Source: an uncultured Eubacteriales bacterium
GTDB taxonomy: Bacteria > Bacillota > Clostridia > Oscillospirales > Acutalibacteraceae
Reading direction: 5' to 3'
NCBI GenBank assembly: GCA_900317875.1
Contig: ONIJ01000188.1
Coordinates: 1 to 51,906 of the forward strand
Length of the DNA: 51,906 bases
Notes under the pieces: model-generated
Seen by the model: only the letters and a program-made list of their open reading frames with translations
Told to the model about the DNA's origin: nothing
The model's database searches: none
Translations under genes and position numbers: made by a program
In this document: piece after piece, positions 9,840 through 20,543 of the stretch
Numbering within the stretch: the stretch's first letter is position 1
Layout of the letters: every line of letters begins with the position of its first letter

Positions 9840-12662
9840 ATGGCAAGTGATAAAATTATTGTCAGGGGTGCCAAGGAGCATAACCTGAAAAATATCAGCG
9901 TGGAAATCCCGCGAAACGAGCTCGTCGTCATCACGGGACTTTCCGGCTCGGGAAAAAGCTCTCTCGCGTTTGACACGATTTACGCCGAAGGTCAGCGCCG
10001 CTATGTAGAGAGCCTTTCAAGCTACGCCAGGATGTTCCTCGGTCAGATGGACAAGCCTAATGTTGAGAGCATAGAGGGGCTTTCTCCCGCAATTTCCATT
10101 GATCAGAAAACCACCTCAAAGAACCCGCGCTCGACCGTTGGCACGGTCACGGAAATCTACGACTATCTCCGTCTGCTCTACGCCAGAATAGGAGTGCCTC
10201 ACTGCACCGTATGCGGCAGAGAAATACGTCAGCAGACGGTCGATCAGATTGTCGACAAGATCCTCGCCTATGACGTTGGCACAAAAATACAGATTCTTGC
10301 ACCCGTCGTGCGAGGCAGGAAGGGCGAGCACGCCAAGGTGCTCGACAGCACCCGAAAGTCGGGCTTTGCACGTGTTAGAGTGGACGGAATAATCTATGAT
10401 TTGTCGGAGAATATTCCGATAGAGAAAAATAAAAAGCATAATATCGAAATAGTTGTCGACCGTCTTGTAATAAAGCCCGAAATCGCCTCGCGCCTTTCGG
10501 ACAGCATTGAAACCGCCTCAAAGCTCGGCGGAGGGCTTGCTATGGTCAATTTCGTAGGAGGCGAGGACGTTGTGTTCTCTCAGAAATACGCCTGTCCCGA
10601 GCACGGCGTGAGCATTGAGGATCTGTCTCCGAGAATGTTCTCGTTCAACAATCCCTTCGGCGCGTGTCACAAGTGCACAGGTCTGGGCGTGTTCCTCAAA
10701 ATTGACGAGAATAAAATCATTCCCGACCGCGAAAAAAGCATCGCACAGAACGGAATCAAGGGCAGCGGATGGGCAATGGACGGAAGTCAGATAGCGGCAA
10801 TGTATATGCAGGCGCTTGCCCGCCGTTATAAATTCTCGCTCAATGAGCCGATCAAGAATCTTTCCGACGACGTTATCGATAAGATCCTCTACGGAACAGG
10901 AGATGAAAAGCTCAAAATCGAGCGCCAGTCCGCATATGGCAGCGGCACCTACGAGCGCCCGTTTGAGGGAATAATAACCAACCTTGACCGCCGCTATCAC
11001 GAGTCGAGCTCAAACTGGGTAAAGGATGAGATCCGTTCCTATATGACAGAAATTCCCTGCGACGCGTGCGGAGGAGAGAGGCTTTCGCGCGAGAGTCTCG
11101 CCGTCACCGTCGGCGGAATTAATATTTCCGACTTCTGCAAAATGTCCGTTGCGGACGCTATTGATTTTGTTCGTCAGCTTAAGCTTTCCGAAAAGGAGGC
11201 TATAATAGGCGAGGAGATCATCAAGGAAATACTTGAACGCCTCAACTTCCTCAAAAGCGTTGGTTTGGGCTACCTCACGCTTTCGCGTTCCTCAGGCACT
11301 CTGTCGGGCGGAGAAAGCCAGCGTATCCGCCTTGCCACTCAGATAGGCAGCTCCCTTATGGGAGTGCTCTACATCCTTGATGAGCCGAGCATTGGGCTTC
11401 ACCAGCGCGATAACGAAAAGCTGCTCGGCACACTTAAAAGGCTGCGCGACCTCGGCAACACGGTAATCGTCGTTGAGCACGACGAGGAAACGATGTACGC
11501 CGCAGACACTATCGTCGACGTCGGACCCGGGGCGGGAATCCACGGCGGACAAATCGTCTGTCAAGGCAGCGTTGAGGAAATCAAGGCGTGCGAGGGATCC
11601 ATCACCGGTCAGTATCTCAGCGGCAAGCGCGCCGTGCCTGTTCCCGAAAAGCGAAGAAAGGGCAACGGCAAATATATAGAAATACGCGGCGCCGCCGAGA
11701 ACAACCTCAAAAATATCAATGTAAAAATACCGCTCGGAGAGTTTGTCTGTGTCACCGGAGTTTCGGGATCGGGCAAAAGCTCGCTTATTAACGAGGTGCT
11801 CTACAAAACTCTCGCGCGCGAGCTCAATCGCGCAAAGACTATCTCGGGCAAGCACAAGGAAATTTTGGGACTCGAGAACCTCGACAAGGTCATTGAGATC
11901 GACCAAAGCCCGATCGGAAGGACTCCGCGTTCAAATCCGGCGACCTACACGGGAGTTTTCAATGATATTCGCGCGCTTTTTGCAGAAACTCAGGACGCGA
12001 AAATGCGCGGCTACGGACAGGGGCGCTTTTCGTTTAACGTAAAGGGCGGAAGGTGCGAGGCCTGTCAGGGCGACGGAATAATAAAAATTGAAATGCATTT
12101 TCTGTCCGACGTCTACGTACCCTGCGAGGTATGCAAGGGCAAGCGCTATAACCGTGAAACCCTTGAAGTCAAGTACAAGGGCAAGTCGATAAACGATGTG
12201 CTGGAAATGAGCGTGGAGGAGGGAATGGAGTTCTTTGCGAACATTCCCAAGATCCACCGAAAGCTCAAAACCCTCTTTGACGTCGGCTTGGGCTACGTAA
12301 AGCTCGGTCAGCCGGCTACCACGCTGTCAGGCGGCGAGGCACAGCGAGTAAAGCTGGCAACAGAGCTTTCGAAGCGCAGTACCGGCAAAACTATCTATAT
12401 CCTCGACGAGCCGACTACCGGTCTGCACATTGCGGATGTTCACAGGCTTGTGGAGGTATTGCAGCTCCTCGTTGAGGGCGGCAATACAGTGGTGGTAATC
12501 GAGCACAATCTCGACCTGATAAAAACTGCCGACCACATTATCGATCTCGGGCCCGAGGGAGGAGATATGGGCGGAAAAATCATTGCCCAGGGAACTCCCG
12601 AGCAGGTGGCGAGATGCAAAGACTCGTTTACGGGACAATATTTGAAACCGCTGCTGAAATAA
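9840..12662 (+). CDS. uvrA: Excinuclease ABC subunit A
   Basis: GAKEHNLKN, two GxSGSGKSS Walker A motifs, two LSGGE signatures, CxxC zinc fingers; start set at ATG 9840. Confidence 0.98.
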   Translation: MASDKIIVRGAKEHNLKNISVEIPRNELVVITGLSGSGKSSLAFDTIYAEGQRRYVESLSSYARMFLGQMDKPNVESIEGLSPAISIDQKTTSKNPRSTVGTVTEIYDYLRLLYARIGVPHCTVCGREIRQQTVDQIVDKILAYDVGTKIQILAPVVRGRKGEHAKVLDSTRKSGFARVRVDGIIYDLSENIPIEKNKKHNIEIVVDRLVIKPEIASRLSDSIETASKLGGGLAMVNFVGGEDVVFSQKYACPEHGVSIEDLSPRMFSFNNPFGACHKCTGLGVFLKIDENKIIPDREKSIAQNGIKGSGWAMDGSQIAAMYMQALARRYKFSLNEPIKNLSDDVIDKILYGTGDEKLKIERQSAYGSGTYERPFEGIITNLDRRYHESSSNWVKDEIRSYMTEIPCDACGGERLSRESLAVTVGGINISDFCKMSVADAIDFVRQLKLSEKEAIIGEEIIKEILERLNFLKSVGLGYLTLSRSSGTLSGGESQRIRLATQIGSSLMGVLYILDEPSIGLHQRDNEKLLGTLKRLRDLGNTVIVVEHDEETMYAADTIVDVGPGAGIHGGQIVCQGSVEEIKACEGSITGQYLSGKRAVPVPEKRRKGNGKYIEIRGAAENNLKNINVKIPLGEFVCVTGVSGSGKSSLINEVLYKTLARELNRAKTISGKHKEILGLENLDKVIEIDQSPIGRTPRSNPATYTGVFNDIRALFAETQDAKMRGYGQGRFSFNVKGGRCEACQGDGIIKIEMHFLSDVYVPCEVCKGKRYNRETLEVKYKGKSINDVLEMSVEEGMEFFANIPKIHRKLKTLFDVGLGYVKLGQPATTLSGGEAQRVKLATELSKRSTGKTIYILDEPTTGLHIADVHRLVEVLQLLVEGGNTVVVIEHNLDLIKTADHIIDLGPEGGDMGGKIIAQGTPEQVARCKDSFTGQYLKPLLK

Positions 12663-12671
12663 TAATGTAAC

Positions 12672-12702
12672 AGGGAGAAGCCAAAACGACTTCTCCCTTT
12701 TT
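12672..12702 (+). terminator. Terminator after uvrA
   Basis: AGGGAGAAG/CTTCTCCCT stem followed by a T run. Confidence 0.75.
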
Positions 12703-12755
12703 GATAAAATATCAGCTTTTTTCGCTGATTTGACGAGCATAGCCTGCCGCCTCGG

Positions 12756-13523
12756 TTAGGAGGCGTTTTTGATTTGGAGGCGCAGCCTGTCGGAAATCAT
12801 TGCTATAAATTCACTGTTTGTAGGCTTTCCTCTGTCGTTGTGGATAGTATATCCGAAGTAGGAGTTCAGCACGTCAATATCGCCTCTGTCCCAGGCTACC
12901 TCAATCGCGTGTCGGATAGCGCGCTCCACTCTGGATGAAGTAGTTTCATACTTCTTTGCAACGGAAGGGTAGAGCTGCTTTGTGACGGCGTTGATAATTT
13001 CAGGCCGCTCAACCGACATAATAATAGAATCCCTCAGATAGTGATAACCCTTGATATGAGCCGGAACCCCGATTTCGTGAAGAATCTCTGTGACCTTAAG
13101 CTCAATTCCGAATGCGTCAATGCCTGCGGGCATACGAAGCAGGCGGTCGGTTTTCTTGGTCATGAGTGAAATGCTTTCGCAGAGCTGAGCAACGTCGTAT
13201 GGCTTTAATACAAAATAGCTCGCGCCGCTGCTCATAATCTCACGTTCAAGCACCGCGCTGTGAAACGATGAGAAAACGATGAAAAGCGGCTGTTTGCAGT
13301 TAAGACGTTTGATACTGCGCATAACGCCTATCGCGTCAAGTCTTGTCATAAACGACTCCATCAGCACTACGTCGGGTTCCTCGTGTTTGATCCGCGTGCA
13401 AAGCTCCTCTCCGTCCTTTGTGCAGAACGCCGCCGAAATATTAAATTTTTGAAATATTTCGAGCGCCGTCTTGTCAAATTCCGCCGCGTCCTCGGTAATT
13501 ATCATCTTAATACTGTTGTCCAT
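12756..13523 (-). CDS. spo0A: Sporulation master regulator Spo0A (atypical receiver domain)
   Basis: Spo0A C-terminal signature [43 protein letters not shown]; downstream of spoIVB; start ATG 13523 after GGGAG. Confidence 0.96.
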   Translation of the reverse strand: MDNSIKMIITEDAAEFDKTALEIFQKFNISAAFCTKDGEELCTRIKHEEPDVVLMESFMTRLDAIGVMRSIKRLNCKQPLFIVFSSFHSAVLEREIMSSGASYFVLKPYDVAQLCESISLMTKKTDRLLRMPAGIDAFGIELKVTEILHEIGVPAHIKGYHYLRDSIIMSVERPEIINAVTKQLYPSVAKKYETTSSRVERAIRHAIEVAWDRGDIDVLNSYFGYTIHNDRGKPTNSEFIAMISDRLRLQIKNAS

Positions 13524-13558
13524 ATTGAGTCTCCCATCAAATTTTTTATTGTGAGTTG

Positions 13559-13587
13559 ATTTTACCACAAAATGGTAAACTTGGCAA
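13559..13587 (-). promoter_or_regulatory. Sigma-A-type promoter of spo0A with an overlapping palindrome
   Basis: TTGCCA-N17-TAAAAT with extended TG on the minus strand; TTTACCA-N5-TGGTAAA at 13561-13579. Confidence 0.65.
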
Positions 13588-13671
13588 TAGTTTCCAAATA
13601 AATTTTTTCAAAAATCTTGAAATATTTTTTTGAATGTCAAGCACAATGACAGAAAAACTCAATATGTTGTG

Positions 13672-14694
13672 TTACCCCTGATAATTCGACACCATATTTC
13701 GTGCGGTTATTCCGTAGCCTTCGCGAGGGTCATTCAGGAAAACATGAGTCACCGCGCCCACCAGCTTTCCGTTCTGAACCAGTGGACTGCCGCTCATTCC
13801 CTGTACGATACCGCCGCAGCGCTCAATGAGCTCGTCATCCGTAACCTTTATTACAAAGTTTTCATTTGTGTCGCTGTCGGTGGTGCGGATTTTAGTGATT
13901 TCAACCTCGTAGCAACCTGCTTCATCGCCTTCGATAGTGGTGTACATCTCAGCCTTTCCGACCTCGATCTCACCGTTTTCGGCGATTTCAAGCTTTTTTC
14001 CGTTTTGCGGTATTTCACCTTCGGTTTTTCCGAAAACTCCGCAATTTGTGTTTTTTGTAAGGCTGCCGAGGGTTTTGTCGCTGAAGCAGCCGTTAAGGCT
14101 GCCGGCCTTTCCTGTTGAGCTTTTTGTCACGGAGCTGATGTCCACGCTTACGACCTCAGCGCTTCCGAGCGGCATCAGTGCCGAGGTGTCATTGTCGCAG
14201 ATTCCGTGACCGAGCGCCGCAAAGCAGCCGTTTTCCCCGTCATAGAAGGTGACTGTCCCGATGCCGGCGCAGCTGTCACGTACCCACGCTCCCGAAACAT
14301 AAACTCCGGACGCATTCTTTTTGGGATTTATTGTTTTAATAAGCTCCTTGCCGCCGCGCTCTACCGTTAGTTTCAAAGGCTCGCCGCCGCATTGAAAAAT
14401 AACTCGCTGCACGTCCTCGTTGGTGCGCACAGTCTGCCCGTTTATTTCCTTTATGACGTCGTTTATCTCCAGGCCTCCGTCGCGCGCGGGACAGATATAT
14501 CTGCCGTTATTATAGAAATCCTCCAGCTCAACAACCATTACGCCGTCGCTGAAAAACTTTACTCCAAAGGGCTGACCGCCCAGATATACCGTGTCAGTTT
14601 CATCAGCAAATACGGGAATCGCGGCAGACTGGATAATGATCGCGCCGATTAAAGCAACTGTAAAAAATTTTGCATATTTTTTCAAAAAATTCAC
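13672..14694 (-). CDS. spoIVB: Stage IV sporulation protein B (S55 peptidase with PDZ domain)
   Basis: GGQPFG, WVRDSCAGIGTVTF, ALGHG, GIVQGMSGSP, GAVTHVF; adjacent to spo0A. Confidence 0.95.
   Translation of the reverse strand: MNFLKKYAKFFTVALIGAIIIQSAAIPVFADETDTVYLGGQPFGVKFFSDGVMVVELEDFYNNGRYICPARDGGLEINDVIKEINGQTVRTNEDVQRVIFQCGGEPLKLTVERGGKELIKTINPKKNASGVYVSGAWVRDSCAGIGTVTFYDGENGCFAALGHGICDNDTSALMPLGSAEVVSVDISSVTKSSTGKAGSLNGCFSDKTLGSLTKNTNCGVFGKTEGEIPQNGKKLEIAENGEIEVGKAEMYTTIEGDEAGCYEVEITKIRTTDSDTNENFVIKVTDDELIERCGGIVQGMSGSPLVQNGKLVGAVTHVFLNDPREGYGITARNMVSNYQG
13685..13691 (-). promoter_or_regulatory. Spo0A box upstream of the spo0A promoter
   Basis: Perfect TGTCGAA on the minus strand, inside the 3' end of spoIVB; a 7-mer, so a chance match is possible. 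Confidence 0.4.
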
Positions 14695-14852
14695 CCCTTT
14701 CTGTTGCCTTTATTATTATTTGCATTTATAATGTTGTTAAAGAGTTTTTTCAATATTAAAGTATTGGGAAAATAAATTGAAAACCGGCGCAGCCGATGCT
14801 TTTTTTCTATTATTTTTTTAAAAAGGTTTTATTTTCAATTTGAGGTGTCTTG

Positions 14853-17207
14853 ATGGAAAAGGGAAACGAAAAAATCATAGGCCTGACCTCCGAACAGGTT
14901 GCCGAACGTGTAGAAGCGGGGATGATCAACACCGCTTCTACGGTCAAAACAAAATCGATTAAGCGGATTTTTATCGACAATATATGTACGCTGTTCAACC
15001 TGATAAACGTTATTCTGTTTGTCGCTTTGCTGCTTGTCGGTTCGTTCAAGAACCTTCTTTTTATAGGCGTTGTTCTGTTTAATACTGTAATCGGAATAGT
15101 TCAGGAAATCAGATCCAAAAAAAGTGTAGACGGACTGACAATTCTCACCGAGAGCAAGCTCAATGTACTTCGTGACGGCAAAACAGTTCTGCTTTCCAAG
15201 GACCAGCTTGTAATCGACGATATTATTATCCTATCCAGAGGCAATCAGGTTCCGGCGGACTGTATAGTTGTTCAGGGCAACTGCAAGGCAAACGAGAGCC
15301 TGCTTACGGGCGAGTCTGACTTGATAGAGAAAAACGAAGGCGACGAGCTGCTTTCGGGCAGCTTTATCTCGGCGGGAGGCTGTTATTGCCAAGTCAACAG
15401 AGTAGGTGAGAACAGCTATGCCGCGAAGATCAACAACGAAGCCAAGTACATAAAGAAAAACAACTCGCAGATCCTCAGATCCTTCAAGTTTATTATTAAC
15501 CTTTGCACCGCCATAATTTTCCCGATAGGCGCTTTGCTGTTTGTCAGCAACTATTTCATCCATCATCAGTCGTTCTACGATACTGTTGTTTCAACCGTCG
15601 GTGCTCTTGTAGGTATGATCCCCGGCGGAATGATCCTGCTTACAAGTACCGTTCTCGCGGTGTCCGTCATCCGTCTGTCGCGCAAGCAGGTTCTTGTGAA
15701 TGAGATGTACTGCATTGAAACTCTTGCGAGAGTAGACGTCGTCTGTCTTGATAAAACCGGTACTCTCACGGCGGAGTCAATGGATGTTACCGAAGTGATT
15801 CGATTTAGCGGAACTGATGACGAAATAAAGACCGCGCTTTCCTCTGTTGTTGCGGCAAGCGAGGAAATAAACGCCACGCTGCAGGCAGTCAGCGATTATG
15901 CAAGCGGCGCGCCAGCGGTACAGTGCGAAAACTTCGTGCCGTTTGCCTCCGAAACAAAGTGGTCAGGCGGCAACTTTGAGGGCGGCAAAACCTACATTAT
16001 CGGTGCTGCTGAGTTTGTATTTTCTGATAAAGAAAAATACCGCGAGGTTTACGACGCTATAAACAATGTTCGGGAAACTGTAAGAATACTCGTTCTCGGC
16101 TGCTCGGAAAACAAAGTCGAGAGCGGAAAGCTGCCCGGGGATCTTCGCCCGATGGCGCTCATTCTCATCAAGGACAAGCTGCGCGACAACGTCTGCGAAA
16201 CCGTAAACTACTTTAAAGAGCAGGGCGTTACGCTCAAGGTCATCTCGGGCGACAGCGTAAAAACCGTTCAGAATATCGCGCTCGACACAGGCATTGCGGG
16301 CGCTGAAAACGCAATTGATATGACCACCGTTACCACAGACGAGCAGCTTTACGAGGCGGCAGAGCGCTGTAACGTATTCGGCAGAGTTACTCCCGCTCAG
16401 AAGAAAAAGCTCGTAATCGCGCTCAAGGATCACGGTCATAAGGTGGCTATGACAGGCGACGGCGTAAACGACGTTCTGGCGCTCAAGGAAGCCGATTGCT
16501 CGGTGGCTATGGCGTCCGGAAGCGAGGCTGCGAGAAACGTCTCACAGCTCGTCCTCGTAAACAACGACTTCGCTTCAATGCCCGAGGTAGTGGCAGAGGG
16601 CAGAAGGACCATCAATAACGTGGAGCGAAGCTCATCGCTTTATCTCGTCAAGACGATTTATTCGATCGCACTTGCGCTGTTCTTTATGTTCTCACGGCTT
16701 ACCTATCCGTTCCAGCCTCTCCAGCTTTCGCTCATCGGTGCGCTGACGGTAGGTTTCCCGTCATTTGTGCTCGCCTTGCAGCCAAACAAAAGCATCGTGC
16801 GCGGCAACTTTACGTTTAATATCATAGCACGCGCGGCTCCCGCGGCGATATGCGTGGTGCTGAATGTTATTCTTACCGCTGCGCTTAACAGGGTGACCGG
16901 CATTTCTCAGGCGGAGCTTTCGACAATCGCTGTGTATATAACCTCGTTTATCTGCCTGATGCTGATCGTAAGACTGTCGATCCCGTTCAACGCGCTCCGC
17001 GGAACAATGCTCGCGCTCAGTGTGGCGGGACTCGGAATTGCCTTCGTATTCTTTTCAAAGCTCTTTATGCTTGCCTGTCTGGGACAGAATGCAATGATTA
17101 TGTTCTGCATTTTCTCGGCGGCGACTTTGGTTCTTTTCAACGTTCTATACAATATCGCCGATAAAATGATCGAGAAAAACAAAAATAAAATTTACGGAAA
17201 AAAGTGA
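14853..17207 (+). CDS. P-type ATPase (CtpE-like, substrate unknown)
   Basis: LTGES, DKTGTLT, ISGDS, MTGDGVND; about 10 TM segments. Confidence 0.9.
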   Translation: MEKGNEKIIGLTSEQVAERVEAGMINTASTVKTKSIKRIFIDNICTLFNLINVILFVALLLVGSFKNLLFIGVVLFNTVIGIVQEIRSKKSVDGLTILTESKLNVLRDGKTVLLSKDQLVIDDIIILSRGNQVPADCIVVQGNCKANESLLTGESDLIEKNEGDELLSGSFISAGGCYCQVNRVGENSYAAKINNEAKYIKKNNSQILRSFKFIINLCTAIIFPIGALLFVSNYFIHHQSFYDTVVSTVGALVGMIPGGMILLTSTVLAVSVIRLSRKQVLVNEMYCIETLARVDVVCLDKTGTLTAESMDVTEVIRFSGTDDEIKTALSSVVAASEEINATLQAVSDYASGAPAVQCENFVPFASETKWSGGNFEGGKTYIIGAAEFVFSDKEKYREVYDAINNVRETVRILVLGCSENKVESGKLPGDLRPMALILIKDKLRDNVCETVNYFKEQGVTLKVISGDSVKTVQNIALDTGIAGAENAIDMTTVTTDEQLYEAAERCNVFGRVTPAQKKKLVIALKDHGHKVAMTGDGVNDVLALKEADCSVAMASGSEAARNVSQLVLVNNDFASMPEVVAEGRRTINNVERSSSLYLVKTIYSIALALFFMFSRLTYPFQPLQLSLIGALTVGFPSFVLALQPNKSIVRGNFTFNIIARAAPAAICVVLNVILTAALNRVTGISQAELSTIAVYITSFICLMLIVRLSIPFNALRGTMLALSVAGLGIAFVFFSKLFMLACLGQNAMIMFCIFSAATLVLFNVLYNIADKMIEKNKNKIYGKK

Positions 17208-17211
17208 TAAT

Positions 17212-18561
17212 ATGCTAATCGAAATTCCCGACAAGCCGAAACGCGTGATCAACGCGCTGATGGCGAGCGGCTTTGAAGCCTACGCTGTCGGAGGCTGTGT
17301 GCGCAATGCCTTGATGGGGCTTACTCCGCACGACTGGGATATATGTACAAGCGCCAAGCCCGAAGAAATGCTTCAGGTTTTCAAGGAGTATGAAACCCTG
17401 GATTTCGGCTTGAAGCACGGAACTCTCGCTGTTATGGTCGAAGGAGAGCTTTTTGAGGTCACGACCTACCGCGTCGACGGAGTATATTCGGATAACCGAC
17501 ATCCCGAGAGCGTGACTTTTACCGATAATCTCACACTTGATTTATCCCGCCGTGATTTCACCTGCAACGCGATGGCTTACAACGGCACGGACGGAATAAT
17601 CGATCCGTTCGGCGGTGCGGAGGATTTAAAAAACAACCTCCTTCGCTGCGTAGGCGATCCCGACAGACGTTTTCACGAGGACGCGCTGAGAATACTTCGC
17701 GCACTCAGGTTCGCCTCGGCCTACGGCTTTAAAATTGAAGAAGCCACCTCAAAGTCGGTGCACAGCTGCGCGGAGCTGCTAAACAACGTTGCGGCGGAGC
17801 GTATCAGGGATGAGCTCATCGGAATACTGATAGGCAAAAACGCGCTTGCGATCCTCAGCGATTACCGCGATGTATTTGCGGTTTTTGTTCCGGAGCTGAT
17901 CGAAACCTTTGACTTTCCTCAGCGCAGCCCTCACCACCGCCATGACGTATGGCAGCATATCGTTCATACTGTCGCGGCGATTGACAGCGATCCGCTTCTG
18001 CGCATCGTAATGCTGCTTCACGATATTGGAAAACCGCGTGCTCGCACAACGGATTTAAACGGCACGGACCATTTCAAAGGGCACCAGCAAATCAGTGCCT
18101 GGATTTCCGAATCTATCCTGCGCCGGCTGCGTTTTCCGAACAGCTTTATAGATAACTGCCTTTTGCTGATCCTCTCGCACGACATCCGTTTTGACGGTTC
18201 GCAAAAGCAGGTCAGGCGTACGCTTCAAAAGCTGGGAGAGGATAATATGCGCCGTTTGTTCAAGATCCAGCGCGCCGACATCGCAGCTCAGTCCGAGTAT
18301 CTGCGAGCCGAAAAGCTCGCGGGAGTAGATAGGGCAGAGGAGGCGTTTGAAAGAATTTTGTCCGAGGATCAGTGCTATCAATTAAAGGATTTGGCGGTAA
18401 ACGGCAAAGATATAATAGGTATGGACCTGTTCAAGGGCAGAGAAATAGGCGAAACTCTCAACGCGCTTCTCGATGAAGTAATCGACGGAACGCTGAAGAA
18501 CGAAAAAAATGCGCTCTTAAAAAGAGCGCGGCAATACTATAAAGAAAAACGGAGCCGTTAA
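17212..18561 (+). CDS. cca: CCA tRNA nucleotidyltransferase with HD domain
   Basis: VGGCVRN, HDWD, EVTTYR, DLSRRDFTCNA, EDALRILRA, LLHDIGK. Confidence 0.9.
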   Translation: MLIEIPDKPKRVINALMASGFEAYAVGGCVRNALMGLTPHDWDICTSAKPEEMLQVFKEYETLDFGLKHGTLAVMVEGELFEVTTYRVDGVYSDNRHPESVTFTDNLTLDLSRRDFTCNAMAYNGTDGIIDPFGGAEDLKNNLLRCVGDPDRRFHEDALRILRALRFASAYGFKIEEATSKSVHSCAELLNNVAAERIRDELIGILIGKNALAILSDYRDVFAVFVPELIETFDFPQRSPHHRHDVWQHIVHTVAAIDSDPLLRIVMLLHDIGKPRARTTDLNGTDHFKGHQQISAWISESILRRLRFPNSFIDNCLLLILSHDIRFDGSQKQVRRTLQKLGEDNMRRLFKIQRADIAAQSEYLRAEKLAGVDRAEEAFERILSEDQCYQLKDLAVNGKDIIGMDLFKGREIGETLNALLDEVIDGTLKNEKNALLKRARQYYKEKRSR

Positions 18562-18573
18562 GCTCCGTTTTTT
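18545..18573. terminator. Bidirectional terminator between cca and pgm
   Basis: AAAAACGGAGC/GCTCCGTTTTT stem with A and T runs between convergent genes. Confidence 0.75.
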
Positions 18574-18591
18574 AAATATTATATTAAATGC

Positions 18592-20310
18592 TTACAGTCC
18601 GAGGATTTCCTCAGCCGATTTTACAAGTCCGTCGCAAACATTGAGCGCGTCGTCCTTGGTTTTTCCTACAGCAGTCACATAGAGCTTGATCTTTGGCTCT
18701 GTGCCGCTGGGACGGATGATCACGGCATTGTCGTTTTCAAGGTTGAGGGTGATTACGTTCGAGGTCGGAAGCGTAATGTCGGTTTCTTCGCCAGTAACGA
18801 GATCCTTTTCCTTCTTGAGCAGGTAGTCGCTGACCTTAACGACCTTGTATCCGTCGATTTCCGCAGGCAGGTTCTCTCTGACAGCTGTCATCATATCTGC
18901 CATCTTCTGCATACCTGCTGCGCCCTCAAATTCAAACGCGAAGGTCTTGTTGAGATAGTAGCCGAATTCCTCATAGAGTCCGTCGATTACCTCGGCAAGT
19001 GATTTGCCCTGCTTTTTATAGTAAGCCGCCATCTCGGCAACGAGCATTGAGGCGACAACAGCGTCCTTATCTCTTACATAGGTTCCGGACAGATAGCCGT
19101 AGCTCTCCTCAAAACCGAACAGATAGCGGTTCTCTTCGCCCTTCTGTTCAAGGCCGAGAATTACCTCACCGATGTATTTAAAGCCTGTCAGAACGTTTTT
19201 GAGCTCACAGCCGTACTTCTCGCAGAGCTTGTTGATGAGCTTGGTGGTTACGATAGTCTTTACCACAACGGGCTTTTCGGGCAGCGTGTTTGCTTCCTTT
19301 TTGCAGGAGAGGATGTAGTTTGTCAGCATAACGCCGTCCTCGTTTCCCGTAATCAGGCGATAGCTGCCGTCGTAATCCTTGACCGCGATACCGACTCTGT
19401 CTGCATCGGGATCCGTAGCAAGAAGCAGGTCGGGCTGGACCTTTTCGCAGAGCTCAAGACCTTTTTGCAGAGCTTCCTGGATTTCCGGGTTGGGATAGGG
19501 GCAGGTGGTGAAGTTGCCGTCGGGCAGCTCCTGCTCCTTTACGATTTCAACTTCCTCAACGCCGATTTTGCCGAGCACTTTTCTTACGAGCTTGTTGCCG
19601 CAGCCGTTGAGAGGAGTGTAGACGACCTTGAGTTCAGCGCCCTTGCAGATGCCGGGATTGACCTGCTGCTCAAGCACCTTTTCAAGATATGTGTCGTAAA
19701 CGCTGTCGTCAACATATTCGATCATACCGTTAGCGATCGCCTCATCGAAGTCGGCAAGCTTAACGTCTTTGAACATATCGAGCTTCTGGATCTCGTCGTA
19801 AACCGCGGCGGCAGCTGCGTCGGTCATCTGACAGCCGTCCTCGCCGTAGGCCTTATAGCCGTTGTATTTTGCGGGGTTGTGGCTGGCTGTAACCATAATA
19901 CCTGCTTGGCACTTGAAGTAGCGCACCAGATAGGAGAGCACAGGTGTGGGCTGCAGCTCGCTTGTAATATAAACCTTGATTCCGTTGGCAGCCAATACTC
20001 TCGCCGCCTCGTTCATAAACAAATCTGCCTTGATTCTGCTGTCGTGCGAAATCGCCACAGCGCCCTTGCCGTACTTGTTGAGCACATAGTTGGCAAGTCC
20101 CTGAGTTGCCTGGCGTACAACATAAATATTCATTCTGTTTGTGCCGGCGCCGATAACGCCTCTGAGTCCGGCGGTGCCGAATTTAAGTGCAGTGTAAAAA
20201 CGGTCGTAAATTTCCTGATCATTATTTTCTATGCTTTTGAGTTCTTCCGTAAGGTCCTTATCGTCCGTTGCGTTTTCCAGCCAAGCGGCGAAAAGCTTCT
20301 TATCATCCAT
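18592..20310 (-). CDS. pgm: Phosphoglucomutase/phosphomannomutase
   Basis: FGTAGLRG, TASHNP, DPDADR, FEES, RPSGTEPK; start ATG 20310 after GGAGG. Confidence 0.93.
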   Translation of the reverse strand: MDDKKLFAAWLENATDDKDLTEELKSIENNDQEIYDRFYTALKFGTAGLRGVIGAGTNRMNIYVVRQATQGLANYVLNKYGKGAVAISHDSRIKADLFMNEAARVLAANGIKVYITSELQPTPVLSYLVRYFKCQAGIMVTASHNPAKYNGYKAYGEDGCQMTDAAAAAVYDEIQKLDMFKDVKLADFDEAIANGMIEYVDDSVYDTYLEKVLEQQVNPGICKGAELKVVYTPLNGCGNKLVRKVLGKIGVEEVEIVKEQELPDGNFTTCPYPNPEIQEALQKGLELCEKVQPDLLLATDPDADRVGIAVKDYDGSYRLITGNEDGVMLTNYILSCKKEANTLPEKPVVVKTIVTTKLINKLCEKYGCELKNVLTGFKYIGEVILGLEQKGEENRYLFGFEESYGYLSGTYVRDKDAVVASMLVAEMAAYYKKQGKSLAEVIDGLYEEFGYYLNKTFAFEFEGAAGMQKMADMMTAVRENLPAEIDGYKVVKVSDYLLKKEKDLVTGEETDITLPTSNVITLNLENDNAVIIRPSGTEPKIKLYVTAVGKTKDDALNVCDGLVKSAEEILGL

Positions 20311-20543
20311 AATTAATCCCTCCACAGCAATTAATTTGTTTATTTGAAAGGCCGTATAAATTAACCTATTCACAAATATCATACCATAAATCAGAGCAAA
20401 TTACAAGAATTTCAATTTCTTATCTTTTGCTGTTTTATAATCGGATTTTGTATGAAATTTACAGAAGCAAATTGCATACAAAGCAAAGCCGGCCGGCAAC
20501 CGGCTCTATGGTATTAAGCCTTTTGTCCGACCGGTTTGATTTT

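Noticed and set aside
19465-20316. Long antisense or alternate-frame ORFs (also 967-1707, 2739-3611, 26823-27641, 47782-48375)
   Set aside because: They overlap well-supported genes, show no recognisable motifs and are expected shadows of codon bias.
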